A stretch of 63,750 bases of DNA, filler included, from 4 parts of 4 records of this genome joined end to end with filler, not necessarily neighbours in it; one strand, 5' to 3'. Counted from the whole stretch's first letter, positions 19,786 through 31,225 are shown. Notes: generated from the sequence alone by a model not told the origin. Numbers and translations are program-made.

Positions 19786-20261
19786 TGAAATATAAACTCA
19801 TCATATTATGTGCTGCTCTGGCAGTGTCTTGCCAATCTATAGAGCGTTCCTCTAAGCCAGACAAGCTTATTGCCGAAGATAGGATGGTAGATATATTTTA
19901 CGACTTAAGTTTAATTGAAGCATCAAAGCGTTTAGGAAATCATGATGTAGATGTAAAAGAATTAGACCTTAATACATTTATATATGAGAAGTATGATATA
20001 GATAGTACACAACTTGTTCAGAATACAACGTACTATTCAGATAACATACCCAAATTTAAAAGTGTTTTTGCACGAGTAGAAAACCGCTTAAAAGTCTTGA
20101 AAACAGAATTAGATTCTCTTAGGTCTAAAGAAAACAGAAAAAAAGACTCCTTAAAAAGAGCTGCGGAAAATGTTAGAAAAGACTCGCTTTCCAGTTCTTT
20201 AGAAATTGCTAAAAAGTTAAATTCCAAAATTTCTAATTCAGAAGGTAGAGACCGCAATTAG
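19785..20261 (+). CDS. DUF4296-like lipoprotein
   Basis: Lipobox AVSC, KPDKLI, KYDIDS...YY. Confidence 0.78.
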   Translation: MKYKLIILCAALAVSCQSIERSSKPDKLIAEDRMVDIFYDLSLIEASKRLGNHDVDVKELDLNTFIYEKYDIDSTQLVQNTTYYSDNIPKFKSVFARVENRLKVLKTELDSLRSKENRKKDSLKRAAENVRKDSLSSSLEIAKKLNSKISNSEGRDRN

Positions 20262-21259
20262 TAGTGTGCTGCAGTATCTTTGATACTTTCATCTATTAAT
20301 TTAAAATTATAATTTAAGGCATCTTTAAGTTTGTTGTTTGAGTAAACACTTTTGCTAAAAACACCTTTTATTGAGTCGTAGGTTATAGTTTTTTTAGTGT
20401 TAAAAAGTGTATGTCCTATACTTTGAAATGCCCAACCCATAAATACCATCCAAGACTCAAGTGTCTTTTTTGGTGGTTGTTTTTGTAGGGCATTTGCTAT
20501 TTTATTTACAACACTATCAAAACGCAGACTTTCCGAAACCAGTATGTAGCGTTCTTTTTGATAATTGCTTTCCATTAAGGAAATCATAGGTTTTACAACA
20601 TCAAAAACATCTACAAATCCTGTAGTGAGTATAGGTGTATATTTTAAGCCATTGGCAACTTTTGTAAATAAAAGGCCACTTCCAGATTTCCAAAAACCAG
20701 GACCAATAACAACACCAGGATTAACAATTAGAACATTTAATCCTTCTTGAGAGCCGCGCCAAACTTCCATTTCACCACCATATTTAGACCAAGCATAATG
20801 AGAATGAGATAATTCTGGGTTCCAAACAGTATCTTCTGTTATAGGTTTATCGTTAATAGTAGACCCTATAGCAGCTATTGAGCTTACATGACAAAGTTTT
20901 TTAATATCATGGTGTAAGCATAGGTTAACAACATTTGCTGTGCCTTCAATATTTATACGACGCATGATTTTGGCGTCTCTCACATCATATGATATAAAGC
21001 CAGCGCAATGATATACATGCGTAATACCTTTAAAAGCTTCAGACAAAAGTGGTATATCAAGTATATTTGCTTCTGCCCAATCTATTTTTTTAAATAGCTT
21101 TTCTGCTTGTTCTTCATCATACAATTTAAAAACAGACAATACGTGCTCTAAGTTACTGTCCTGTCTGTGTATGGCTCTTATAGTCTCGGTTGAGTTTTGT
21201 AAAAGCTGAAATAATAAATGAGAACCTACTAAGCCTGTTCCTCCTGTAACTAAAATCAT
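20258..21259 (-). CDS. NAD-dependent epimerase/dehydratase family protein
   Basis: ILVTGGTGLVG, HVSSIAA, YAWSK, NPGVVIG. Confidence 0.92.
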   Translation of the reverse strand: MILVTGGTGLVGSHLLFQLLQNSTETIRAIHRQDSNLEHVLSVFKLYDEEQAEKLFKKIDWAEANILDIPLLSEAFKGITHVYHCAGFISYDVRDAKIMRRINIEGTANVVNLCLHHDIKKLCHVSSIAAIGSTINDKPITEDTVWNPELSHSHYAWSKYGGEMEVWRGSQEGLNVLIVNPGVVIGPGFWKSGSGLLFTKVANGLKYTPILTTGFVDVFDVVKPMISLMESNYQKERYILVSESLRFDSVVNKIANALQKQPPKKTLESWMVFMGWAFQSIGHTLFNTKKTITYDSIKGVFSKSVYSNNKLKDALNYNFKLIDESIKDTAAHY

Positions 21260-21341
21260 ATTTCGAAGATAGTTTTTCTGCACCTAACAATGCGTTATCG
21301 AAATTGGATTTTTATCTTTGTCTCCTTAAAAAAATTATATA

Positions 21342-22637
21342 ATGAAGACCAATTTTGTAGCCGAAATGACTTGGAGAGGTATGTTGCATGATGTTATGCC
21401 AGGTACCGAAGAACAACTTTTAAAAGAACCAACTGCGGCTTATATTGGATTTGATCCTACTGCAGACTCTTTACACATAGGGAGTTTAGTGCAAATTGTA
21501 ATCTTAATGCATTACCAACGCGCTGGGCACATTCCTATTGCGCTTGTGGGTGGTGCTACAGGTATGATTGGTGATCCTTCAGGAAAATCTGCAGAACGTA
21601 ATTTGCTAGATGAAGAAGCATTAGCTAAAAACGTAGCAGGAATAAAAGAGCAACTGTCTCGCTTTTTAGACTTTAGTGAAAATTCTGAAAATAAAGCAGA
21701 GCTGGTAAATAATTACGACTGGATGAAAGATTTTAGTTTTATAGAGTTTGCTAGAGATATAGGAAAGCATATTACCGTAAACTATATGATGGCTAAGGAT
21801 AGCGTGAAAAAACGCTTAAGTTCTGAGTCTACTGTAGGAATGAGTTTTACAGAGTTTACCTACCAATTATTTCAAGGCTATGATTTTCTTCACCTTTATA
21901 GAGAGAAAAATTGTTTGTTACAATTAGGAGGTAGTGACCAATGGGGAAATATTACCACAGGTACTGAGTTGGTGAGACGTGTGGCTGGAGGCAAAGCTTA
22001 TGCTATGACATCTCCATTGTTAACTAAAGCAGATGGTACAAAGTTTGGAAAAACTGAAGGAGGTAATGTTTGGTTAGATAAAAACAGAACATCGCCTTAT
22101 AAATTTTACCAATATTGGGTAAATGCAACAGATGAAGATGCAGAAAATTTCATTAAAATCTTTACATTTTTAAGTCAGGAAGAAATTTCAGAGTTGGTTT
22201 TAAAACATAATGAGGCTCCACATTTAAGACTATTGCAAAAAACTTTAGCAGAGCATGTAACTAAAATGGTACACGGTCAAGAAGATTTAGACAATGCAAT
22301 TAAAGCGAGTCAAGTTTTATTTTCAAAAACCTTTAAAAACGATATTTCACAATTAGATGAAGCAACGTTTTTAGATGTGTTCGAAGGTGTGTCTCAAACT
22401 GAAATCTCTAAAGCTAAATTAGAAGAAGGTTTAGATATGATTGCAGCACTCTCTGCAGAAACTAACTTCTTAAAGAGTAATGGTGAAGCAAGAAGAGCTT
22501 TAAAAGCAAATTCTGTTGCTGTAAATAAAGAAAAGGTAACAGAAGCCTATACACTTACTACAGATGATATTATTAATGATAATTATGTGATATTAAATGT
22601 AGGTAAGAAGAATACCTATATTTTAAAAGTAAGCTAA
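21342..22637 (+). CDS. tyrS: Tyrosine--tRNA ligase
   Basis: [28 protein letters not shown]-terminal S4 domain; -7 element TATCTTTG at 21313-21320. Confidence 0.97.
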   Translation: MKTNFVAEMTWRGMLHDVMPGTEEQLLKEPTAAYIGFDPTADSLHIGSLVQIVILMHYQRAGHIPIALVGGATGMIGDPSGKSAERNLLDEEALAKNVAGIKEQLSRFLDFSENSENKAELVNNYDWMKDFSFIEFARDIGKHITVNYMMAKDSVKKRLSSESTVGMSFTEFTYQLFQGYDFLHLYREKNCLLQLGGSDQWGNITTGTELVRRVAGGKAYAMTSPLLTKADGTKFGKTEGGNVWLDKNRTSPYKFYQYWVNATDEDAENFIKIFTFLSQEEISELVLKHNEAPHLRLLQKTLAEHVTKMVHGQEDLDNAIKASQVLFSKTFKNDISQLDEATFLDVFEGVSQTEISKAKLEEGLDMIAALSAETNFLKSNGEARRALKANSVAVNKEKVTEAYTLTTDDIINDNYVILNVGKKNTYILKVS

Positions 22638-22664
22638 GAAATACTAACTCATTAAACAACTCAT

Positions 22665-23138
22665 TTGAAAGCAGCCACTGTTAAACAACTAAAAGACGAA
22701 TTGGAGATGCGCTCTCCAGTGGAGTTAATGCAGTTAACATTGAGGCTTTCTAAATTTAAGAAAGAAAATAAAGAACTGCTTACTTATTTGTTGTTTGAAG
22801 CTGCAGATGAAGAAGAGTATATTAAAGAAATAAAAGTTGAGGTAGACGAAGCTTTTTCAGAAATTAATACGTCTCGAGGTTATTTTATAAAGAAGGGAAT
22901 CCGGAAAATATTAAAACGACTTAAAACTTATATTCGCTATTCTGGCAAGAAAGAGACAGAAGCAGAGTTGTTAATATATTTCTGTAAGAAGATGAAAACA
23001 TTTTCTCCTTCTGTATTTAAGAATAGAGTTTTAGCAAACACATATGAGCGGCAATTAACTATGGCATTAAATGCAATAGATAAACTACACGAAGACTTAC
23101 AATATGATTATCGGATTCTTATTGAAGAATTAGATTAA
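22665..23138 (+). CDS. Conserved hypothetical helical protein
   Basis: LRLSKFKKENKELLTYLLFE...LHEDLQYDY; TTG start. Confidence 0.75.
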   Translation: MKAATVKQLKDELEMRSPVELMQLTLRLSKFKKENKELLTYLLFEAADEEEYIKEIKVEVDEAFSEINTSRGYFIKKGIRKILKRLKTYIRYSGKKETEAELLIYFCKKMKTFSPSVFKNRVLANTYERQLTMALNAIDKLHEDLQYDYRILIEELD

Positions 23139-23143
23139 AACAC

Positions 23144-23172
23144 AAAAAATACCCTTTATTGGGTATTTTTTT
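23144..23172 (+). terminator. Intrinsic terminator
   Basis: AAAAAATACCC-TTTATT-GGGTATTTTTTT. Confidence 0.8.
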
Positions 23173-23301
23173 ATGTCTTATATGAGCGTAAGTTTACACT
23201 ATAAGTTTAAGTAAAAATTTCTTATAATTTGACTAGACGAGCCTTATTATAACGATTTTGGAAAATTGGGGCTTTTCAAAATTTAAATAATATTAGGTCT
23301 T

Positions 23302-23330
23302 AAAACAGCTACCATCGGTAGCTGTTTTTT
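23302..23330. terminator. Intrinsic terminator
   Basis: AAAACAGCTACC-ATC-GGTAGCTGTTTTTT. Confidence 0.8.
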
Positions 23331-23353
23331 ATGTTTAATATATAGGAAGTAAG

Positions 23354-23725
23354 TTATCTTCTGTCAAATCCAAATTTACCAGGACCCATTAATGCGATAG
23401 CTGTAAAAGCTAACAAGTAAACAAGACCAAGTTCTTTAGAGCCTATAGGGTCATTTAAGTGTACTACAAACACTGCAACCAGCATTGTAACAATTAAAGG
23501 GATGCACGCCAATCTTGTCTTATAGCCTATAAGTACAAGAATTGAGCAAACAAATTCTGCGAACACAGTAAGAAAGAAAGAGATAGTAGCGCCAATGCCT
23601 AATGGATCTCCAAAAGAAAAATCTCCTTGTACAAGTTGTAAGAATTTAGGGATGCCGTGAGTTAGCATCAGTGCAGAAAAGCCTACTCTCAAAATAAATA
23701 GACCAATGTTGTAATATGATTTCAT
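23354..23725 (-). CDS. DoxX family membrane protein
   Basis: LR...HGIPK, AEF...LIGYKTRLA, GPGKF. Confidence 0.9.
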   Translation of the reverse strand: MKSYYNIGLFILRVGFSALMLTHGIPKFLQLVQGDFSFGDPLGIGATISFFLTVFAEFVCSILVLIGYKTRLACIPLIVTMLVAVFVVHLNDPIGSKELGLVYLLAFTAIALMGPGKFGFDRR

Positions 23726-23819
23726 AGGGGTATGGTTGGTTTAATTTTTAAAATTAATAAAGTTGTTTCAATTTTATTTCATCTAAAGTTGTTTATTTAC
23801 AAGACATCGTAGGAAATAG

Positions 23820-25046
23820 ATGAGAAAAACAATTCTTTTTGTCATAGCGCTATTGATTATCAGTAATGTATTATCTGCTCAAAATGTTGATAATTTATAT
23901 TACTTGTCTCCAGAAATCTTAGTTGGAAAAACACTTCCAGCCAATACAGACTTTCCTAATACAAATTTACAGACAGCTTTATTTTTTAGTTTCGGAACGT
24001 ACAATTTAGATAACGAGCAAGAATGGGCTGTAAGATTAAACTACCCTAAAACAGGACTTTCTTTAGCTGTTATAGATTTTGGTAACCCAGATCAAGTTGG
24101 TCAAGCAATTACTGTTATGCCATTTGTTGAGTTTTCTGTGTTTAAAAAATATTCAGACAACTTTAATCTCAACGTTGGTTATGGAGCCTCATATATGAAC
24201 ACCCAATATGATTTTGAAACAAACCCATTAAATAGAGCAATTACAACTAAAGTTAATTGGTCATTTAGATCATTTTTATATTACAATGTATTAAAAGATA
24301 AACTTACCAACTGGCGTCTAGGTTTAGGGTACATTCACCACTCAAATGGCCACACGCGCTTACCTAATCAAGGATTAAATTCTTTGTTAGCAAGTGTGTC
24401 TGCTACTATTAACACTTCAAAAGTAGAGAGTGTAAAACCACACAAACCCAAACTTGAGCAAAAAAGCGAAACATACACATCAAGTAGATTTGGATTAGGT
24501 TATAACACACTTTCAGACTCAATAAACACCAAGAAAGAAGTATATACAGTGGCTTTTGAAATAGGAAAAGTAATTAATAAAACCTTTAAATTTGGCGGTG
24601 GTTTTTATGCGCGTTATTATCAACATTTCTATGATTATATTAAAGATGAAGAAGCTTTAATTAATAGTCAATACCCAAATTTTAAAGACAACGCTTTTGC
24701 TTATTCAACAAATTATGGAGTATTTGGAACTGCAGAGCTACTTCTAGGTCATTTTGGTGTAGAGCTAGATCTGGGTTTAAATCTATATAAACCGTTTTAT
24801 AAGCTAGAGTGGCAAATTACACAAGGTTACAGAGCAGATAGCGGAAATTATGTATATGCAGATTTAGATTCGTATTATGAATTAAAACGAACCATTTCAA
24901 GTAGGCTAGGTGTAAAATATTATTTGATTACTAATAACAAGTCGCCACAACATAACTTGTTTTTGTCTGCACATATTAATGCGAACTTAGGGCAGGCAGA
25001 TTTTTCTGAAATTAGCCTAGGTTATACTTATAGGTTTAAAAATTAA
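23820..25046 (+). CDS. Acyloxyacyl hydrolase (PagL-like lipid A deacylase) outer-membrane barrel
   Basis: Signal peptide, HHSNGHTRLPNQGLN motif, aromatic C-terminal strand. Confidence 0.8.
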   Translation: MRKTILFVIALLIISNVLSAQNVDNLYYLSPEILVGKTLPANTDFPNTNLQTALFFSFGTYNLDNEQEWAVRLNYPKTGLSLAVIDFGNPDQVGQAITVMPFVEFSVFKKYSDNFNLNVGYGASYMNTQYDFETNPLNRAITTKVNWSFRSFLYYNVLKDKLTNWRLGLGYIHHSNGHTRLPNQGLNSLLASVSATINTSKVESVKPHKPKLEQKSETYTSSRFGLGYNTLSDSINTKKEVYTVAFEIGKVINKTFKFGGGFYARYYQHFYDYIKDEEALINSQYPNFKDNAFAYSTNYGVFGTAELLLGHFGVELDLGLNLYKPFYKLEWQITQGYRADSGNYVYADLDSYYELKRTISSRLGVKYYLITNNKSPQHNLFLSAHINANLGQADFSEISLGYTYRFKN

Positions 25047-25159
25047 GGTTTAACAACCGTTAAATGCTAATGAAGCCTTGGGGTTTTAGGATAACATTAA
25101 CAATTCTGCATTAAACCCTCTTTATTTTTACACATCTAAGCTTCAAAGACCAACTATAC

Positions 25160-26332
25160 ATGCGTAAAACTATATTATATATTATAGCAGGAGTGCTCTT
25201 AATTGCTGCATTCTTTGCTATGAGAGCTATTGCCGATAGTAAAGACAAAGAGGCTCCTAAAACAAAAAAAGTAGTAAAAACAGTTTTTGTAGATACTATT
25301 AAAAACACAGATGTCCCTATAATTATACCAGCTAATGGTAATTTAGTGGCTAAGCGTAGAGTAGAGCTTTATGCAGAGGTACAAGGTATATTTAAGAACA
25401 GCTCTAATTTATTTAAAGCTGGTCAAGAATATAAAAGAGGTCAAACTTTAATTAGTATAGATGCTTCAGAATATTATGCATCTGTTCAATCTTCAAAAAG
25501 TAATTTATACAATCAAATCACGGCAATTATGCCAGATTTGCGATTAGACTATCCAGATGTGTTTCCTAAATGGGAAGCGTATTTAAATAGTTTCAACATA
25601 AATGAAACAACGCCTAAACTACCAGAGATTTCCAACGATAAAGAAAAATATTTTATAAATGGGCGTGGTATCCTAACAACATATTACAACGTAAAAAACT
25701 TAGAGCAGCGTTTAGGCAAGTATAGAATTTCAGCACCTTTTACAGGTGTGCTTACAGAAGCTTTAGTAACAGAAGGAACACTAATTAGAGCTGGACAAAA
25801 ATTAGGTGAATTTATAGATACAAGCACTTATGAATTACAAGTATCCTTAAATAAAGATTATGCAGATTTACTTGAAGTTGGAGAAAATGTAGAGCTATCT
25901 AACATTAATAAGACAAAAACATATAAAGGAAAAGTAAGTAGAGTAAATGCTAGTATAGATCAAGCAACACAAACAGTTAGTGCATTTATCGAAGTGTCTA
26001 ATAATACATTGAAAGAAGGCATGTATTTGCAAGCTGAATTAGAAGCAAGAACTATTAAAAATGCAATATCTATAGATCGTGGTTTAGTTAATGACCGTAA
26101 TGAAATTTTTACAGTAAAAGATAGCACATTAGTTAGCCTAACTGTTAACCCAGTTTATTTTTCAGATAAAAAGGCAGTAGTGAAAGGTGTTCCAAATGGC
26201 GAGGTTATTTTGTCTAAACCAGTATCTGGAGCTTATAATGGTATGCTTGTAAAAGTAGTGTCTAATGAACCTTCTGCAGAAACAAATAGTGTAAAACAAG
26301 ATTCTCTAACTGTTACAGAAACAACTAAGTAG
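25160..26332 (+). CDS. RND efflux periplasmic adaptor subunit
   Basis: N-terminal anchor, AEVQG, ISAPFTG, precedes RND permease. Confidence 0.9.
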   Translation: MRKTILYIIAGVLLIAAFFAMRAIADSKDKEAPKTKKVVKTVFVDTIKNTDVPIIIPANGNLVAKRRVELYAEVQGIFKNSSNLFKAGQEYKRGQTLISIDASEYYASVQSSKSNLYNQITAIMPDLRLDYPDVFPKWEAYLNSFNINETTPKLPEISNDKEKYFINGRGILTTYYNVKNLEQRLGKYRISAPFTGVLTEALVTEGTLIRAGQKLGEFIDTSTYELQVSLNKDYADLLEVGENVELSNINKTKTYKGKVSRVNASIDQATQTVSAFIEVSNNTLKEGMYLQAELEARTIKNAISIDRGLVNDRNEIFTVKDSTLVSLTVNPVYFSDKKAVVKGVPNGEVILSKPVSGAYNGMLVKVVSNEPSAETNSVKQDSLTVTETTK

Positions 26333-26334
26333 TT

Positions 26335-29300
26335 ATGAGAAATGTCATAAGTTACTTTATAAAGTATCACGTTGCGGTGAATATAATGATCATCGCATTT
26401 ATCATTTTTGGTGTTGTAGGCATGCTAAGAATGCAGTCCTCATTTTTTCCGTTATTAGAATCTGAAATTATAACAATAAGTGTAACGTATCCTGGTGCAG
26501 CGCCAGAGGAAATTGAGGAAGGTATTGTTTTAAAAATTGAAGACAACCTTAAAGGCTTGGTAGGTGTAGATCGCGTTACCTCTACATCTCGAGAAAATGG
26601 AGGTAGCATTACTGTAGAGATAGATCCAGATGAGAATATAGACGTCATGCTCTCTGAAGTTAAGAATGCTGTAGATCGTGTTCCTAATTTTCCAACGGGT
26701 ATGGAACCTTTAGTGGTTGCAAAACAGGAAAATATAAGAGAAACAATAGATTTCTTTATTAGTGGAGATGATGTAGATCTTGCAACGTTAAAACAAATTG
26801 CAAGACAGGTAGAGTATGATTTACGTGCAATGGATGGCTTGTCACAAATAACTATCGATGGTTACCCAGACGAGGAAATTGAGATTGCAGTTAGAGAGAA
26901 TGATTTGCTAGCCTACAACTTATCGTTTGCAGAAGTTGCAGACGCTGTTTCTAGAGCTAACATAATTACAACTGGTGGTAATATAAAAACAGATGCTGAA
27001 GATTTTCTTATTAGAGCAGACAATCGATCTTACTACGGTAATGAGTTAAATAAACTAATTGTAAAATCTCAACCTAACGGCACACAGATATACCTGGAAG
27101 ATGTTGCCACGGTAAAAGACCGGTTTTCAGAAACTCCAAATGCTTCGTATATAAATGGAAGGGTTGCAGTAAGTGTAAATATTTCAACCACAAATAATGA
27201 AGATTTAATTTCTGCAGCAGAAAAAGTAAGAGCTTATACAGAAGAGTTTAATGAAAAATATACAGCACTTCAAATTATAATTGAAGATGACAGAAGTATT
27301 ACATTAAACCAAAGAACACAGCTTTTAATTGAGAATGGCGCAGTAGGTATTTTGCTGGTATTGTTTTTCCTGTCTTTATTTTTAAATACGAGACTCGCAT
27401 TTTGGGTAGCTTTCGGGTTGCCAATTGCATTTTTAGGAATGTTTATGTTCGCTGGATCATTTGGGGTTACTATTAATGTATTATCATTATTCGGGATGAT
27501 TATCGTTATAGGTATTCTTGTAGATGATGGTATTGTTATTTCAGAAAATATTTACCAGCATTATGAAATGGGTAAAAAGCCTGTACAAGCAGCCATAGAT
27601 GGAACTTTAGAGGTGTTGCCACCAATACTATCTGCTATAATTACCACTATTTTAGCATTTTCTACATTCTTGTTTTTAGATAGTAGAATAGGCCAGTTTT
27701 TTGGAGAAGTTTCTACCGTTGTAATCCTAACACTTGTGGTGTCGTTGGTTGAAGCACTAATAATCTTACCGGCACACATAGCCCATTCAAAAGCATTAGT
27801 TAGAGAGACTGAAGAAGAAAAGCGCAATAAGAAAGGTATAGCAAAATTCTTTCTTAAAATGCGAAAGTTTAATGAGTATGGTGATAAGTTTATGAGCTAT
27901 TTGCGTGATAAACTTTACGAACCTGTATTAAGAGCAACACTAAAAAATCGCTTCTTAAGTTTCGCCATTTTAGGGACGTTGTTATTATTAACTATTGGTT
28001 CCTTAATGGGAAGTGTTGTAAAAGTTACACTTTTCCCAAGTATAGCTAGTGATCGTGTTAGCATAAACTTATTAATGCCAGAAGGCACAAATCCAAGAAA
28101 GACAGATAGTATTATTTCTTTGGTTGAAGATGCTGCCTGGAGAGTAAATGAAGAATTTACAAAGCGACAAACAGGAAATATAGATGTGGTTAAAAACATT
28201 GTACGTCGAGTAGGTCCTGGAAATAATAAAGCTTCGCTACGGGTAAACTTATTGCCTGGCGAAGAACGTGATTTTGGTTCTCCAGAAATAACAAATGCTA
28301 TAAGAGATGAAGTTGGCGAAGTTTATGGTGTAGAGCAACTAACCTTTGGTTCTGGCGGTAACTTTGGCGGAAGCCCTATTTCTGTATCACTCTTAGGAAA
28401 TAATTTGGAAGAATTAGAGGGCGCCAAAGAAGAGTTAAAGACAATTCTTCAAGAAAAATCTACTTTAAAAGATGTTACAGATACAGATCCAGAAGGAATA
28501 AAAGAAATAAGTATCACATTAAATGATAATGCTTATGCTTTAGGCCTTAATTTAAGAGAAGTTATGAGCCAAGTTCGAGCTGGTTTCTTTGGTCTGCAAG
28601 CACAACGTTTTCAACGTGGGCAAGATGAAATTAAAGTTTGGGTAAGGTATGATCGAGAAAACAGAGAGTCTATAAATGATTTAGATGATATGCGCATTAT
28701 AACCCAAGATGGTAATAGAGTGCCGTTTGGTGAAATTGCAGATTATACAATTAGAAGAGGAACAGAATCTATAGCTCACTTAGAAGGTTTAAGAGAAATT
28801 CAGGTAAATGCAGATTTGGGTGACCCAAATGCTAGTGCAACAGATATTCTTGCAGATATAGATGAAAATATTTTACCAGATATTCTCTCTAAGTATCCAA
28901 GTGTTTCAGTGTCTTATGAAGGTCAAAATAGAGAAGCAGAAAAGTTAACTAATTCAGCTATAAATGTATTTCCAGTTATCTTGTTTTTAATTTATGCTGT
29001 TATAGCATTTACCTTTAGAAGTTATAGCCAACCCTTGCTACTTATAATTATGATTCCGTTTAGTATAATTGGAGTTGCTTGGGGTCATTACCTACACGGT
29101 TTCCCTGTAAATATTTTATCACTATTAGGAATAATTGCTTTAGTTGGTATTATGGTGAATGACGGCTTGGTGTTAATAGGTAAATTTAATAGTTATTTAC
29201 GGGAAGGCATGTCTTTTGATAAAGCACTTACAGAAGCAGGTAAATCTCGTTTTAGAGCTATTTTCTTAACATCACTTACAACTATAGCAGGTATTGCACC

Positions 29301-29601
29301 TTTATTAATTGAGAAAAGTAGACAAGCCCAGTTTTTAAAACCAATGGCAATATCTATCTCTTATGGTATTTTTATTGCAACATTCCTCACGTTATTAATT
29401 TTGCCACTATTAATCTCTTTAACCAATTCAGCAAAGACAAAAGGGAAATGGTTGCTTACAGGGAAAACGTACAGTAAAGAATCTGTTGAGCGAGCAATAA
29501 TGGAAAAGAATGATGAAGAGAAAAGGCAAAAAGAATTAGATGAGGCAAACGGTAACAGTATTTCAGAACGCAATACTAATACAAATGATGAGGTACAATG
29601 A
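26335..29601 (+). CDS. RND efflux permease (AcrB family)
   Basis: YPGAAPEEIEE, GILVDDGIVISENI, RFRAIFLTSLTT, 12-TM layout. Confidence 0.95.
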   Translation: MRNVISYFIKYHVAVNIMIIAFIIFGVVGMLRMQSSFFPLLESEIITISVTYPGAAPEEIEEGIVLKIEDNLKGLVGVDRVTSTSRENGGSITVEIDPDENIDVMLSEVKNAVDRVPNFPTGMEPLVVAKQENIRETIDFFISGDDVDLATLKQIARQVEYDLRAMDGLSQITIDGYPDEEIEIAVRENDLLAYNLSFAEVADAVSRANIITTGGNIKTDAEDFLIRADNRSYYGNELNKLIVKSQPNGTQIYLEDVATVKDRFSETPNASYINGRVAVSVNISTTNNEDLISAAEKVRAYTEEFNEKYTALQIIIEDDRSITLNQRTQLLIENGAVGILLVLFFLSLFLNTRLAFWVAFGLPIAFLGMFMFAGSFGVTINVLSLFGMIIVIGILVDDGIVISENIYQHYEMGKKPVQAAIDGTLEVLPPILSAIITTILAFSTFLFLDSRIGQFFGEVSTVVILTLVVSLVEALIILPAHIAHSKALVRETEEEKRNKKGIAKFFLKMRKFNEYGDKFMSYLRDKLYEPVLRATLKNRFLSFAILGTLLLLTIGSLMGSVVKVTLFPSIASDRVSINLLMPEGTNPRKTDSIISLVEDAAWRVNEEFTKRQTGNIDVVKNIVRRVGPGNNKASLRVNLLPGEERDFGSPEITNAIRDEVGEVYGVEQLTFGSGGNFGGSPISVSLLGNNLEELEGAKEELKTILQEKSTLKDVTDTDPEGIKEISITLNDNAYALGLNLREVMSQVRAGFFGLQAQRFQRGQDEIKVWVRYDRENRESINDLDDMRIITQDGNRVPFGEIADYTIRRGTESIAHLEGLREIQVNADLGDPNASATDILADIDENILPDILSKYPSVSVSYEGQNREAEKLTNSAINVFPVILFLIYAVIAFTFRSYSQPLLLIIMIPFSIIGVAWGHYLHGFPVNILSLLGIIALVGIMVNDGLVLIGKFNSYLREGMSFDKALTEAGKSRFRAIFLTSLTTIAGIAPLLIEKSRQAQFLKPMAISISYGIFIATFLTLLILPLLISLTNSAKTKGKWLLTGKTYSKESVERAIMEKNDEEKRQKELDEANGNSISERNTNTNDEVQ

Positions 29602-30956
29602 TGAAGTATAAAAACATGTCAGCATTTCTGTTATTAACTATAACATTTACTGTAACAGGTTATAGTCAGGACTTGTTGAGTAAGGAAGAAGCTATATCTC
29701 AAATGCTAGTTAATAATTTTGGGATTAAAATTGCTGAAAATCAAGTAGAGGTTGCAGATAACAACCAAAGTGTTTTAAACTCAGGATACTTACCAACACT
29801 TACAGGAAATGCTAATGCTCAATATGATAGGTCTAATGAAACAAGAGAGTTTCCAGGTGCCTTCAATGAAGATGGTAGTCCTAGACCTAATACAGAGATA
29901 GAAGGAGCAGAATCACAAAGCTACAATGCATCACTTAATGTAAATTATTTGCTTTTTGATGGGTTAGGACGTTTTTATAACTACAAGCAACTTAAAGAAA
30001 CTTACAATTTAACAGAGCTTCAAGCGCGCGAAACTATTGAGAACACAACCTTGCAATTATTTTCGGTTTATTTTGATGTAGCTAGATTAACAGAAAACTT
30101 AGAAGTATTTAAACAAGCCTTAGAAATTTCTCAAAAACGCGTTACACGATCACAATATGGGTTCGATTATGGGCAAAGTACCAAGTTAGAAGTCCTCCAA
30201 GCAGAAGTAGATGTAGTAACAGACTCTGTAAATGTCTTAAATGCAAAACAACAGTTATTAAATGCAAAAAGAGATTTAAATGTTGTGCTTAACCGCGAAT
30301 TAGAAACTATAGGTTTTCAAGTAGACACATTAGTGGAGTTTGAAAACGATTTGCTTTTAGAAAGTTTTGTTGAAAAAGCAGAATTTAATAATGTAACGCT
30401 ATTACAAGCTGAAAGCCAAACACGAATTAGCGAATTTGAAATTAAAGCGAATAAAGCCTTGTTGTTACCTAGTGTGGGCTTAACAGGAAGTTACGGTTGG
30501 AACAGAGTTAACAGTCCAGCATCAGCTTTTTTTCCAGGTTCTGTATCTAGAGGAAACAATTTAACTGTAGGCGCAAACTTAACCTGGAACTTATTTGATG
30601 GTGGTAGAAGCATTGTAGGTATAAAGAACGCTAAGATTTTAAATGACTCTCAAAAACTGCAAGAACAGCAATTTGAATTACAGGTAAATAGAGATATTGC
30701 AAATGCTTTAGGAAATTATAGAAACCTTCTGAAAATTTATAAGATACAAGAGCAAAACGTTGAGACCAATCAAAATAACCTTGAGCGCTCCAGAGAACGT
30801 TTAAATCTGGGTCAAATTTCTTCTATTGAATTTAGACAGGCACAAATAAACTTAATAAACGTACAGACCAATAAAAACTTAGCGAAATATGATGCTAAGT
30901 TAGCCGAGCTAGAGCTGTTAAGGCTTACTGGTCAACTTTTAAATGTAGAGTTTTAA
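29598..30956 (+). CDS. TolC family outer membrane efflux protein
   Basis: Signal peptide, repeated YLPTL/LLPSV and LFDG OEP motifs; third gene of RND operon. Confidence 0.92.
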   Translation: MMKYKNMSAFLLLTITFTVTGYSQDLLSKEEAISQMLVNNFGIKIAENQVEVADNNQSVLNSGYLPTLTGNANAQYDRSNETREFPGAFNEDGSPRPNTEIEGAESQSYNASLNVNYLLFDGLGRFYNYKQLKETYNLTELQARETIENTTLQLFSVYFDVARLTENLEVFKQALEISQKRVTRSQYGFDYGQSTKLEVLQAEVDVVTDSVNVLNAKQQLLNAKRDLNVVLNRELETIGFQVDTLVEFENDLLLESFVEKAEFNNVTLLQAESQTRISEFEIKANKALLLPSVGLTGSYGWNRVNSPASAFFPGSVSRGNNLTVGANLTWNLFDGGRSIVGIKNAKILNDSQKLQEQQFELQVNRDIANALGNYRNLLKIYKIQEQNVETNQNNLERSRERLNLGQISSIEFRQAQINLINVQTNKNLAKYDAKLAELELLRLTGQLLNVEF

Positions 30957-30985
30957 GTGTCTTATTTTATTCATAACTTTAAGAT

Positions 30986-31168
30986 ATGTACGAACACTTC
31001 TTTCAATGCCCTTATTGCTGGGAAACAATTTCAATGCTCTTAGACACTTCTGTAAGACAGCAAGTTTATGTTGAAGATTGCGAGGTTTGCTGCAACCCTA
31101 TTGAAGTCGAAGTGAAGTTCGAAAATCACGAATTAGTACAATTTGAGCCTCAAAATTTAGGGCAATAA
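30986..31168 (+). CDS. CPXCG-motif cysteine-rich protein
   Basis: CPYCW...YVEDCEVCCNPI. Confidence 0.88.
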   Translation: MYEHFFQCPYCWETISMLLDTSVRQQVYVEDCEVCCNPIEVEVKFENHELVQFEPQNLGQ

Positions 31169-31217
31169 TATTTTCAAAATAATAGTCAAAATATTTCGTC
31201 AGATTGCGAATAGGTTG

Positions 31218-31225
31218 TATATTTG
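31218..31225 (+). promoter_or_regulatory. Bacteroidota -7 element TATATTTG upstream of the tRNA
   Basis: TAnnTTTG match about 90 nt before the tRNA 5' end. Confidence 0.65.
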
